Positions 10,083 to 18,441 of a stretch of DNA of 25,726 bases are shown piece by piece. The notes below the pieces were generated by a model. It made no database searches, was not told the origin of the DNA, and worked only from the letters and a program-made list of their open reading frames with translations. Origin of the DNA: Thermoanaerobaculia bacterium (GTDB lineage Bacteria > Acidobacteriota > Thermoanaerobaculia > UBA5066 > Gp7-AA6); the NCBI GenBank assembly GCA_035763965.1, contig DASUAD010000090.1, positions 1 through 25,726 of the forward strand, written 5' to 3'. The stretch's first letter is position 1. Each line of letters starts with the position of its first letter. A program made the translations under genes and the position numbers.

Positions 10083-10979
10083 ATGGACCTCTTCCTGCTG
10101 CGGGTCTTTCTGATGGTCGCCTCCGAGCGGAGCTTCTCCCGCGCGGCGGCAAAGCTCTTCCGCACGCAGTCGGCGGTCAGCCAGGCCATTCGGCGCCTCG
10201 AGTCCTCGCTCGGGGAGCCGCTCTTCGACAGGCGGAGCAAGGAGGCGAGCCTCACGGAGGCCGGACGCGTGCTCAAGGACTACGCCGAGCGGGTGCTGCG
10301 GCTCGCCGACGAGGCGGAGCGCGCCGTCAAGGACCTCAAGGAGCTCAAGCGCGGGCGGGTCGTCCTCGGCTCGAACGAGTCGGCCGTCGAGGCGCTCCTT
10401 CCCCTCATCGAGCGCTTCCGGCAGGAGCACCCCGAGGTGGAATTCGACGTACGACGCGCGGCGGCCCGCCACCTTCCCGTCGAGATCCTGCAAGGGGCCC
10501 TTGATTTTGGGGTCATGACCTTCGCGCCGAACGAGGCAAGGCTGCGATCGGTCGTGATCGGCCACGACGAGCTCGTCGTCCTGACGCACCCCCGCCACAC
10601 CTTCGCGTCGCGAAAGAGCGTGACGATGGCCGAGTTCGGGCGCGAGACTGTGATCGCGCACAACGACCCCTCGCCCGCGCGCGAGCGGGTCCTGCGCCGG
10701 TTCGAGGAGCAGAACGTCCCGCTCAACATCCGCATCTCGCTTCCGAGCCTCGACGGAGTCAAACGCGCCGTGGAGCGGAAGATCGGGATCGCCCTCCTTC
10801 CGAAGCGCTGCGCCTTGGCCGAGATCGAGGCCGGTAGGCTCGCGGCCATCCGCTTGCCCGGGCTCAGCTTGCCGCGCGATCTGAGGCTCGTCTACCGGCG
10901 CGCCGGCAACTACTCGAACGCCGCGCAGGCGTTCCTGGCGCTGGCGCGGAGGGAACGCGCGGTCGGAAAGGATCTGTAA
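10083..10979 (+). CDS. LysR-family transcriptional regulator (298 aa)
   Basis: N-terminal wHTH SFSRAAAKLFRTQSAVSQAIRRLE...LFDR...LTEAG, followed by a LysR substrate-binding domain. Confidence 0.95.
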   Translation: MDLFLLRVFLMVASERSFSRAAAKLFRTQSAVSQAIRRLESSLGEPLFDRRSKEASLTEAGRVLKDYAERVLRLADEAERAVKDLKELKRGRVVLGSNESAVEALLPLIERFRQEHPEVEFDVRRAAARHLPVEILQGALDFGVMTFAPNEARLRSVVIGHDELVVLTHPRHTFASRKSVTMAEFGRETVIAHNDPSPARERVLRRFEEQNVPLNIRISLPSLDGVKRAVERKIGIALLPKRCALAEIEAGRLAAIRLPGLSLPRDLRLVYRRAGNYSNAAQAFLALARRERAVGKDL

Positions 10980-11052
10980 GAACGAGCCGGTCGTCCTGCT
11001 CGAGCTCACAGTTGAACCAAACGTCTCAATATGAAAGGCGATTGCGGACCGG

Positions 11053-11655
11053 CTAGAAATCTCGCAGATACGGCAGGCGGGAGGCGACGGCCTCGACCTC
11101 CTCGAAGCGCTCGAGCAGCATCGACGTGCCGTCCCAGCGGCCCGTGAGGAAGGCTTCGCGGGCGTTCTCGGGAAGCGAGAGCGGGAAGGTCTTCGCGCCG
11201 GCGGCCATGGTCCGCGACGGAATATCGACCGTGAGCCGCGTGCTCGGCGCATTCGAGACGAGATCCATCAGCTCGGCGATCGCCTCGCCGGACAATGTAA
11301 CGCAGGGCATTCCGATCGCGACGGAGTTTCCGAAGAAGATCTCCGAGAAGGACCCGCCCGCGATAGCGCCGAACCCACGTCGCCAGAGCGCCTGCGGGGC
11401 GTGCTCGCGGGAGGAGCCGCAGCCAAAGTTGCGGTTGACGAGGAGGATCCTCGCGCCCGAGAAGCGCGGATCGTCGAAGGGGTGTGAGACGCCTCTGTCC
11501 CGCGCCGCCTTCCGGTCGTCCTCGAAGGCGTGCTCGCCCAGCCCTTCGAACGTGACCGAGACGAGGAAACGCGCCGGGATGATCCGATCGGTGTCGACGT
11601 CGTCGCCGCGGAGAGGGAGCGCCGTCCCCTCGATGCGCGTGATCGCGGTCGTCAT
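11053..11655 (-). CDS. leuD: 3-isopropylmalate dehydratase small subunit (200 aa)
   Basis: True start [10 protein letters not shown] at 11655 (ATGA overlap with the leuC stop). Motifs [37 protein letters not shown]. Confidence 0.95.
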   Translation of the reverse strand: MTTAITRIEGTALPLRGDDVDTDRIIPARFLVSVTFEGLGEHAFEDDRKAARDRGVSHPFDDPRFSGARILLVNRNFGCGSSREHAPQALWRRGFGAIAGGSFSEIFFGNSVAIGMPCVTLSGEAIAELMDLVSNAPSTRLTVDIPSRTMAAGAKTFPLSLPENAREAFLTGRWDGTSMLLERFEEVEAVASRLPYLRDF

Positions 11656-13055
11656 CTCAGCATCGTCCTCACGTCCACGACCTCGCCCGCGACAGCGGCC
11701 GCCGCCACCATGGCCGGGCTCATCAAGAGCGTGCGCCCCGTCGGGCTCCCCTGCCGTCCCTTGAAGTTCCGGTTCGACGACGAGGCGCAGACCTGCCGTC
11801 CCTCCAGGCGATCCGGGTTCATGGCGAGGCACATCGAGCAGCCCGGCTCCCTCCATTCGAAGCCGGCTTCGCGAAACACGACGTCGAGCCCCTCGCGCTC
11901 GGCGGCGGCGCGCACGGCCTGCGAGCCGGGGACGACGAGGGCCTTCACTCCGGGCGCCACGCGGCGCCCCTTGGCCACGCGGCTTGCCTCGCGCAGATCC
12001 GAGAGGCGGCCGTTCGTGCACGATCCGATGAACGCGACGTCGATCCTGGTTCCGCGGATCGGCTCGCCCCCCCCGAAGCCCATGTAGGCGAGCGCCTCCG
12101 AGACGGCCTCTCGGGCGTTGTCCGAGACGTCGGACGGCTTCGGGATCCGCTCGGTTACGCCTACGGCCTGCCCGGGGTTGATCCCCCAGGTCACGGCCGG
12201 CTCGATCTTCGCCGCCTCGAAACGGACCCGGTCGTGGTATGGCGCGTCCGGGTCAGAGGCGCGTGAGAGCCACCAGGAGGCCGCCCGCGCAAAAAGCTCG
12301 GCCCGCGGCGCGTACAGGCGCCCGCGCAGGTACTCGACCGTCGTCGCGTCGGGGTTCACGTAGCCCGCGCGCGCTCCCCCCTCGATCGACATGTTGCAGA
12401 GCGTCAGGCGCTCCTCCATCGTCATCCGATCGACGGCGGAGCCTCCGTACTCGTAGGCGTAGCCGACGCCTCCCTTGACTCCGAGCCGGCGGATGATCGC
12501 GAGGATTACGTCCTTGGCGTAGACACCCGGCGAGAGCGTCCCCTCGACGTCGATGCGACGCACCCTCAAAGGGTCGAGGGCGAGACACTGGGATGCCAGA
12601 ACGTCGCGCACCTGCGAGGTCCCGACACCGAAGGCCAGCGCGCCGAAGGCCCCGTGCGTGGAGGTGTGGCTGTCGCCGCAGGCGATCGTCATCCCCGGCT
12701 GGGTCAGGCCGAGCTCCGGCCCGATGACGTGCACGATCCCCTGACGGTCGGAGCCGAGGCCGTGGAGCGGGATGCCGAACGCGCGGCAGTTCTTCTCCAG
12801 CTCCGTCAGCATCTCCTCGGCCTGGGGATCGCGGAACGGCCGGGCGACGTCGCGCGTCGGCACGATGTGGTCGACCGTGGCCACGGTCCGCGACGGAAAC
12901 GGCACGGTCCACCCGCGGCGCCGGATCATCGCGAAAGCCTGGGGGCTCGTCACCTCGTGGACGAGATGCAGCCCCACGAAGAGCTGCGTCTGCCCGGTCG
13001 GCAGGCGCCTCACCGCGTGCAAATCCCAGGTCTTCTGGAAGAGTGTCTCGCCCAT
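11652..13055 (-). CDS. leuC: 3-isopropylmalate dehydratase large subunit (467 aa)
   Basis: [67 protein letters not shown]. Confidence 0.97.
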   Translation of the reverse strand: MGETLFQKTWDLHAVRRLPTGQTQLFVGLHLVHEVTSPQAFAMIRRRGWTVPFPSRTVATVDHIVPTRDVARPFRDPQAEEMLTELEKNCRAFGIPLHGLGSDRQGIVHVIGPELGLTQPGMTIACGDSHTSTHGAFGALAFGVGTSQVRDVLASQCLALDPLRVRRIDVEGTLSPGVYAKDVILAIIRRLGVKGGVGYAYEYGGSAVDRMTMEERLTLCNMSIEGGARAGYVNPDATTVEYLRGRLYAPRAELFARAASWWLSRASDPDAPYHDRVRFEAAKIEPAVTWGINPGQAVGVTERIPKPSDVSDNAREAVSEALAYMGFGGGEPIRGTRIDVAFIGSCTNGRLSDLREASRVAKGRRVAPGVKALVVPGSQAVRAAAEREGLDVVFREAGFEWREPGCSMCLAMNPDRLEGRQVCASSSNRNFKGRQGSPTGRTLLMSPAMVAAAAVAGEVVDVRTMLR

Positions 13056-13076
13056 CGCGGACTCAGTCTATCGAGC

Positions 13077-13160
13077 GCAGGTCGCTCCTTCACCACGGTC
13101 CTGATTCGCGGGGAGTCGGGGACGGGAAAGGAGCTGGTGGCTCACGCCCTCCACTACCAC
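13077..13160 (+). pseudogene. Fragment of a sigma54-dependent activator AAA+ domain
   Basis: Reads AGRSFTTVLIRGESGTGKELVAHALHYH, the NtrC-family Walker A signature. No start and no downstream GAFTGA. Confidence 0.8.
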
Positions 13161-13476
13161 GACGCTTCTTCTCTCCCAGCCGCCGGTCGATCTGCCGAGC
13201 ACTGATGGACAGAAGCCGCCTCTCCACCTCTGCCGGCAAGCAGAAACGCTTCCGAATCCAGGGCACCCAGACAGGCAGCAGCGCCTTCAACCGCATCGAC
13301 CAGGGATACCCCGCCGCCTCCCAGACCTCATGCAGAATCGAAATCACTCGCGGCCCGTACCGCAGTCGTGACCGCCTCCGCCGTCGCTCTGGCTCCTTCC
13401 CCGGCGGCGGACCGTTCAGCTTGCGGATCGCGTACTTGCGGTTGTACCCGCAGACCCGGCAAAACTCCTCCAGGAT
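13158..13476 (-). mobile_element. N-terminal fragment of an ISNCY-like (rve/DDE) transposase
   Basis: ILEEFCRVCGYNRKYAIRKLN...RYG...WEAAGYPWSMRLKALLPVW...LLSISARQIDRRL matches the N-terminus I recall for this family. Both ends are cut and the catalytic core is missing. Confidence 0.7.
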
Positions 13477-13481
13477 CGGCG

Positions 13482-13520
13482 CGACGATCGGCCTCAGGGT
13501 TACATTTTCGACGGCGCGAT
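13482..13520 (+). repeat. Motif CGACGATC-N7-GGGTTACATTTTC shared with 25086-25132, candidate IS end
   Basis: Same two-part motif and 7-nt spacing as 25106-25132. GGGTTACATTTTC is 12/13 identical to 25086-25098. Confidence 0.5.
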
Positions 13521-13528
13521 ACGGAGAC

Positions 13529-13557
13529 TTGACAAAAGGGACAGAAGCGCCTATGTT
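13529..13557 (+). promoter_or_regulatory. sigma70-type promoter of the sulfur operon
   Basis: TTGACA (13529-13534), 17-bp spacer, TATGTT (13552-13557). Confidence 0.75.
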
Positions 13558-13707
13558 GAAAAATGTAGTGCGTGTATCTCTGATTTCCCGTTGCACCTGT
13601 CGAATGCCCTGGGGGGACCTGGGGCCTTTGCTGGCGCGCGCGGAGCATCGAGGGACATCGAGAGGATGAGTACTCGAAGCTAGTCATTTCGTAAGCGTGG
13701 TGCAGTG

Positions 13708-13741
13708 AAGGGCCCGGGGCAACCCCCGGGCCCTTTTTTTT
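13708..13741 (+). terminator. Intrinsic terminator inside the 5' leader of the sulfur operon
   Basis: AAGGGCCCGGGG-CAAC-CCCCGGGCCCTT (12-bp stem) with a T8 run at 13734-13741. Lies between the promoter and the CAGGAGG RBS (13761-13767). Confidence 0.9.
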
Positions 13742-13774
13742 CCGGTCCCGGTACTCGAGTCAGGAGGCGAGTCT

Positions 13775-14041
13775 GTGCAAGTTGTGCCCGAACTCTGGTT
13801 TCCCGCCGACACGGCGCCTCGCGAGGTGCTCGCGAGGGCGGCTACGCGGTTTTCGCCCCGGATCGCGTTCGCGACGGGCTTCGGAATGGAGGGCTGTGTT
13901 CTTCTCCACATGATCGCCGCGCGCCGGCTACCGATCGACGTCTTCACGCTCGACACCGGCCTGCTCTTCCCCGAAACGTACGTGCTCTGGAAGCGGCTCG
14001 AAGCCCTCTATGGCCTGACGATCCGTGGGGTACAGCCCGAA
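13775..14041 (+). pseudogene. cysH: APS/PAPS reductase, N-terminal ~89 codons only
   Basis: FATGFGMEGCVLLHM, VFTLDTGLLFPETY, then similarity stops after IRGVQPE. No CC/CxxC cluster motif and no C-terminal ECGLH. Confidence 0.8.
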
Positions 14042-14202
14042 CCTCGGCGATCGGAAGGAGCTTCCCTTCCGTTCCGGCAGTCCTCTCCATATTCCCTTCA
14101 AAGAAATTCTCCTCTTCGTTCTCTTCGGGCATTTCCACTCACCCCGCCGCTCGCATCGGTGCGCGCGCGGCCCGCGGCTCACGAACCTGAAAGGAGTCAC
14201 CC

Positions 14203-15465
14203 ATGGCCGCCGTCGACGATCCCAAGACCCTCTGCCGAACGCGGCTCTCTTTCGCCGACGAGGCAGAGATCGACGCGTTCGTCGCGACACTCGAGCGCTT
14301 CGAGAAAGGCGAGCTTTCGCCCGACGAGTGGCGCGCCTACCGGTTGGTGCGCGGTACGTACAGCCAGCGGCAGGACGGAGACGTGCAAATGCTGCGCGTG
14401 AAGATTCCGCAGGGCATCCTGGATGTCGCGCAGCTTCACGCCCTCGCGGACGTGGCGGAGAGCTGGTCCCGCGGCTTCGGGCACATCACGACGCGGCAGA
14501 ACCTGCAGTTCCACTTCCTGAAGCTCCACGACGTGGAGCCCGCGATGCGGCGGCTGGCCGAAGCGGGCCTGACGACGCGCGAGGCCTGCGGAAACTCGGT
14601 CCGGAACATCACGGGCTGCCCATACGCCGGCGTCGCGGCGGACGAAGCCTTCGACGTGACGCCCTACGCCGAGGCCCTCACGCGCTATCTCCTGAGACAT
14701 CCGCTCAGCTCCTCACTGCCGCGAAAGTTCAAGATCGCCTTCGAAGGCTGCGTGGAGGAGCACACGTTCACACCGATCAACGACCTCGGGTTTCGCGCGC
14801 GGCTCGTCCTCGAGAATGGCGTTCCGCGCCGGGGCTTTCGTCTGACGGCGGGCGGCGGAACGGCCACGATGCCGAAGTCCGGACGCGTTCTTTACGAGTT
14901 CCTTCCCTCGGGCGAGATCCTCGCCGTCGCCGAGGCGATCCTCCGTGTCTTCCACCGGCTCGGAAACCGGAAGGACAAGGCGAAGGCCCGGATGAAGTTC
15001 CTCATAGCCGAGTTGGGGTGGGAGGGCTGGAAAAGAGAATTCGAGAGCTCCTTCGAAGAAGTCCGAAATGAAGGCCTGCCGTGGCTTCCGTTCGATGCCG
15101 AAGCGCCTCCTGTCGAGGACGAGCCGGGGACGTCGCGTGAGGCTGCGCCCTCGCTGGCCGAAGTCGCCGCGCAGGCCGTCGCCACACGCCTTCACGGGCC
15201 GGGTCTCCTTCCTTCGGTGGAACCCGTCTTTTCTTCGTCATCCGGCACGTTCACCCGGTGGTCCAAGACGAATGTCCGGCCCCAGAAGCAGGCCGGGGAG
15301 ACCGCGACGGCGTTCTTCCGGCGGGTGGAGCTCGGCCACGTCAAGCCGCTCCTCGCGGACCTGGAGAATGTCACTCCGGCGAACGTTAGGCCGGAGGATT
15401 TCATCGATCTCGAAGAAGAGGCAAACTTCACGATCGAGACGAAGGAAGGTGAATGTGCTGCCTAG
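14203..15465 (+). pseudogene. sir: Siroheme sulfite/nitrite reductase (Sir/NirA type) with a probable in-frame internal deletion (420 aa)
   Basis: GTYSQRQ, MLRVKIPQG, HITTRQNLQFH, EACGNSVRNITGCP, LPRKFKIAFEGC, NVRPQKQ. It then jumps at ~15297 to a 55-aa C-terminal tail. The second NIR_SIR repeat with the Fe-S/siroheme cysteines is missing. Confidence 0.75.
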
Positions 15466-15916
15466 CGTCGTTTTCGAGCCCGAAGTCCTCGAGGAGATCG
15501 CGCGAGCCGCTGCGAAGGCGTATCCGTACGAAGGCTGCGGCGCGCTGCTGGGTGAAGCGCGACACGTCCGCGTCACGCTGCCGCTCCCGAACACGGAGAA
15601 GGGAACGCCGCGCGTGCGGTTCGAGGTCTCGCCGAAGGACTACCTGGGCGTCGAGCGCGAGGCCGACGCGCGCGGCGTGAGGCTCCTCGGCTTCTGGCAC
15701 AGCCACCCCGACCACCCCGCCCGGCCCTCGGCCACGGATCGCGCTTTCGCCTGGGAAGGGCTCCTCACCGTGATCGTTTCGGTCGAGAGGGGCCGCTCCG
15801 CCGACATCGGCGCGTGGGAGATCCTCGGGCCGGAGTCCCCGTTCGAATCCGTCGAGATCGCGAGCCCGGGCGCCGCGGCGCTCGTCACCCCCCTTTCGAA
15901 AGAAGGAGAAACCTGA
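15455..15916 (+). CDS. JAB1/MPN (Mov34) metalloprotease, Mec/HcyD-like (153 aa)
   Basis: GTG start at 15455. JAMM motif E(GCG)...WHSHPDHPARPSATD. Confidence 0.9.
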   Translation: MLPSVVFEPEVLEEIARAAAKAYPYEGCGALLGEARHVRVTLPLPNTEKGTPRVRFEVSPKDYLGVEREADARGVRLLGFWHSHPDHPARPSATDRAFAWEGLLTVIVSVERGRSADIGAWEILGPESPFESVEIASPGAAALVTPLSKEGET

Positions 15917-16197
15917 TGCCCGTTCCCGTCCGAATCCCCACCCCGCTCCGGCGTTTCACGGGGGACCGCGCCGAGGTTTCCGTCAAGGCCGCAGATCTCT
16001 CCTCGCTCCTGGAGCGTCTCTTCGAGGAGTGTCCCGGGCTCCGGGGCCAGCTCCTCGGCGAGGATCGCAAGCTCCGGAGCTTCGTGAACATCTACGTGAA
16101 CGACGAGGACGTCCGCTTTCTCGACGGTCTGAAGACCGCTGTGAAGGACGGCGACTCCGTCGAAATCGTGCCGGCGATCGCGGGCGGCGGGGAATGA
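15916..16197 (+). CDS. MoaD/ThiS/CysO-family ubiquitin-like sulfur carrier (93 aa) with C-terminal extension
   Basis: VRIPTPLRRFT...RSFVNIYVNDEDVRFLDGLKTAVKDGDSVEIVPAIAGG followed by GE-stop. RBS GAAGGAG. Confidence 0.9.
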   Translation: MPVPVRIPTPLRRFTGDRAEVSVKAADLSSLLERLFEECPGLRGQLLGEDRKLRSFVNIYVNDEDVRFLDGLKTAVKDGDSVEIVPAIAGGGE

Positions 16198-17381
16198 GCC
16201 CCGGTCCCGGCACGCGGGCGACGCGGGGAGGCGAGGCACGCAAGAAGGGTTTCGACGCGGTCACCCAGCCGATCGTCTGTACGGCGACGTACGCCTTCGA
16301 CGACACGGCCGAGATTCGCGACCATTTCGAGGGGCGCGTCGCGCGCGAGGAGTACGGCCGCTACGGAAACCCCACCGTTCGGGCGGCCGAGAGAAAGATC
16401 GCGGAGCTCGACGGCGCCGAGGATTGCATTCTCTTCGCGAGCGGGATGGCGGCGGCGACGACCGCGCTGCTGGCCCTGTTGAAGAGCGGCCAGCACGTCG
16501 TCATGACGTCGGACTGCTACCGGAGGACGCGGCAGTTCGTGTCGAAAACGCTTCCGCGCTACGGAATCGAGCACACGTTCGTCGAGCCGGGAGACGACGG
16601 AGCTCTCGAGACGGCGATCCGGCCCGGGAAGACGCGGCTCATCCTGGCCGAGTCGCCCACGAACCCGTACCTCCGCGTGGCGGACCTGCCGCGCCTCGTC
16701 GCCCTCCGCGACCGGCATCCGGGCGTGAAGATCCTCATCGATTCCACGTTCGCGACGCCCGTCAACGAGCGCCCGCTGGAGATCGGCGTCGACCTCGTCC
16801 TCCACTCCGCCACCAAGTATCTCGGCGGCCACAACGACCTCTTGGCGGGGTCGCTCTCGGGAAGGGCGGACCTGATCTCCGGCCTGCGGGATCTGCGCGG
16901 GGTTCTCGGCGGGGTCCTCGACCCGCACGCGGCGTATCTGCTGCTCCGGGGCGTGAAGACTCTCGACCTCCGCGTGAGGCGTCAGAACGAGTCGGCTCTG
17001 CGCGTGGCCACCTGGCTGGAGTCCCACGAGCGCGTCGAGCGCGTCTTCTATCCGGGGCTGGCCAGCCACCCGGACCACGAAATCGCGAGACGGCAGATGT
17101 CCGGCTTCGGGGGCGTCGTGAGCTTCCTCGTGAAAGGGGATCTCGACGCGGCCTCGCGGTTCATCGACGCCACTCGGCTGCCCATCATCGCGCCCTCCCT
17201 CGGCGGCGTGGAGAGCCTCATCGAGCAGCCGGCGCTGATGTCCTTCTACGAGCTCACCACGGAAGAGCGGCGCGCCATCGGCATCTTCGACAACCTCGTG
17301 CGCCTCGCCGTGGGCATCGAGGATGCCGACGACCTCATCGCCGACCTCGAGCACGCGTTTTCCACGGCGGCTCGGGGATAG
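16194..17381 (+). CDS. metB: Cystathionine gamma-synthase-family PLP enzyme (395 aa)
   Basis: ATG overlaps the carrier stop. Motifs YGRYGNPT, FASGMAA, ESPTNP, DSTFATP, PLP lysine HSATKYLGGHND, SLGGVESL, RLAVGIED. Substrate specificity is uncertain. Confidence 0.8.
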   Translation: MSPGPGTRATRGGEARKKGFDAVTQPIVCTATYAFDDTAEIRDHFEGRVAREEYGRYGNPTVRAAERKIAELDGAEDCILFASGMAAATTALLALLKSGQHVVMTSDCYRRTRQFVSKTLPRYGIEHTFVEPGDDGALETAIRPGKTRLILAESPTNPYLRVADLPRLVALRDRHPGVKILIDSTFATPVNERPLEIGVDLVLHSATKYLGGHNDLLAGSLSGRADLISGLRDLRGVLGGVLDPHAAYLLLRGVKTLDLRVRRQNESALRVATWLESHERVERVFYPGLASHPDHEIARRQMSGFGGVVSFLVKGDLDAASRFIDATRLPIIAPSLGGVESLIEQPALMSFYELTTEERRAIGIFDNLVRLAVGIEDADDLIADLEHAFSTAARG

Positions 17382-17439
17382 GAACTTGCTTTTTCGGGTT
17401 GGGGGCGAGGGGCTCTCGCGTCGACCCGCGCGAGAGAGC

Positions 17440-18260
17440 TTCTCGCGCTTGCGGAGATGATCGAGGATGCGCTTGATGACAGCGGGTTGGGTGATGAAGC
17501 CGACGACTCTCATTTCGCCTCCGCAGCGTAGACACACGAGGGGGTCGACTTCGTAGACGCGCCGAATAAGATCCGCCCAGCGGCGCCTGAGGGCCGCGCG
17601 GTCCGCCCCCTCAGGCGTTGGCTCCGCCATCGACGCCTCGCTCGAGACGGAGGGCTGGGGCGGCGCCTCGGCCTTGCGGCGCTCGCCCGGGGCCACGTTG
17701 GAGTAGGCGCCGTAGTAGCGGACCAAATGGCGCCTTGGGTCCGGGATCTGCACGAGGACCCGGGCCACAAACTCCATCGCGTCTATCCTCTCGCTTTCCG
17801 TCGGCTCGAGCTGGTCATGCCTCCTCTTGCGCGCGTAGAGGACCTCGTGCGAGCCGGGCGTCAAGCGTACCCGGGAGAGGCTCACCGGGGAGCGCATCAT
17901 GTAGCGGACCAGCGCCTCGAGACCCTGGCTATCCCCGGCGGGCACATAGACCCGGTTGTGGACGGAGAAGCCGCTTCGCCTCCACGACAACAGCAGCTCG
18001 ATCCGCTCCTGGCTCAGCAGCCCTCTTCGCCGGAGGAGGGCTGGGACCTTGTGGCGGAAGAGCTCTTGGGCCGCTGCCTCATCCACATACGGCACCAGGA
18101 TCCCCTCCCCTGAAGCCGTCCAGCCTCCCCGGGAAACCAGCGCGTGGACATACGCGTGGAAGTTCGCCCTGTCGCCGAAAGTCTGGACCACCGACACCAA
18201 CCCAGGCCGAAAACCCTTCTCCTCCGCGACGGCTGCCGCCATGAGCTCCTTCACGGTCTC
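17440..18260 (-). mobile_element. IS91-family (Y2 HUH) transposase remnant, 5'-truncated and degenerate
   Basis: VVQTFG..NFHAYVHAL (HUH degenerate), SGFSVHN, RYMMRSP, HLVRYYGAYSN, WADLIRRVYEVDPLVCLRCGGEMRVVGFI...ILDHL. No N-terminal Zn domain and no stop at the expected position. Confidence 0.85.
17883..17994 (+). repeat. 112-bp IS91 segment duplicated at 24877-24988
   Basis: 111/112 identical, direct orientation, 6994 bp apart. The single difference is G17906 vs A24900. Confidence 0.95.
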
Positions 18261-18441
18261 TCTTGTGGTGTCCGTTTGTCTTGACCTTGTCGCCCAAGCA
18301 GCTGCTGCCCATTGTGATGGTTGTGCTTGGCCCCTCTGGTCCCTTGGGCCCCTTGCCCTGGGCCACGGCCGCGCCCGCCCAGGCGAAGACACTGAGCAGG
18401 ACCAAGATGGCGAGAAGAGAGCGTTTCGTACGATTCATCAT
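18261..18441 (-). pseudogene. 5' fragment (~60 codons) of a secreted protein, cut by the IS91 remnant
   Basis: RBS AAGGGGAG, then MMNRTKRSLLAILVLLSVFAWAGAAVA|QG (basic n-region, hydrophobic h-region, AxA site). The frame then runs into IS91 sequence. Confidence 0.6.

Noticed and set aside
10980-11052. AT-rich lysR/leuD gap with TTGA-N10-TCAA as an FNR/CRP site or terminator
   Set aside because: Spacing does not match TTGAT-N4-ATCAA, it lies between convergent genes, and there is no hairpin with a U tract.
13553-13567. ATG 13553 as start of the Cys-containing leader peptide (MLKNVV...)
   Set aside because: It lies inside the -10 box, so it would not be in the transcript from this promoter. 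Only GTG 13568 is usable.
13576-13670. SAM-I riboswitch (ATCGAGAG, GAGGGAC, GATGAG words on +; CAGCAA and GGTGCAA on -)
   Set aside because: The words are out of order on the sense strand, GCAACC...GGTGC in P3 is missing, and the partial match on the other strand faces the wrong way. An Rfam scan is needed to close this.
13666-13683. MSTRS-TAG mini-ORF with possible stop read-through
   Set aside because: No regulatory codons, and no recoding signal or machinery is visible.
13692-13707. T-box-like sequence AGCGTGGTGCAGTG (10/14 to AGGGTGGTACCGCG) before the sulfur-leader terminator
   Set aside because: The bulge is TGGTGCA rather than TGGNACC, there is no downstream partner for helix A1, and no clear specifier loop is present.
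16092-18392. 766-aa minus-strand ORF as one large transposase
   Set aside because: Only ~17440-18260 is IS91-like. The remainder is antisense to metB and an off-frame read of the secreted-protein fragment.
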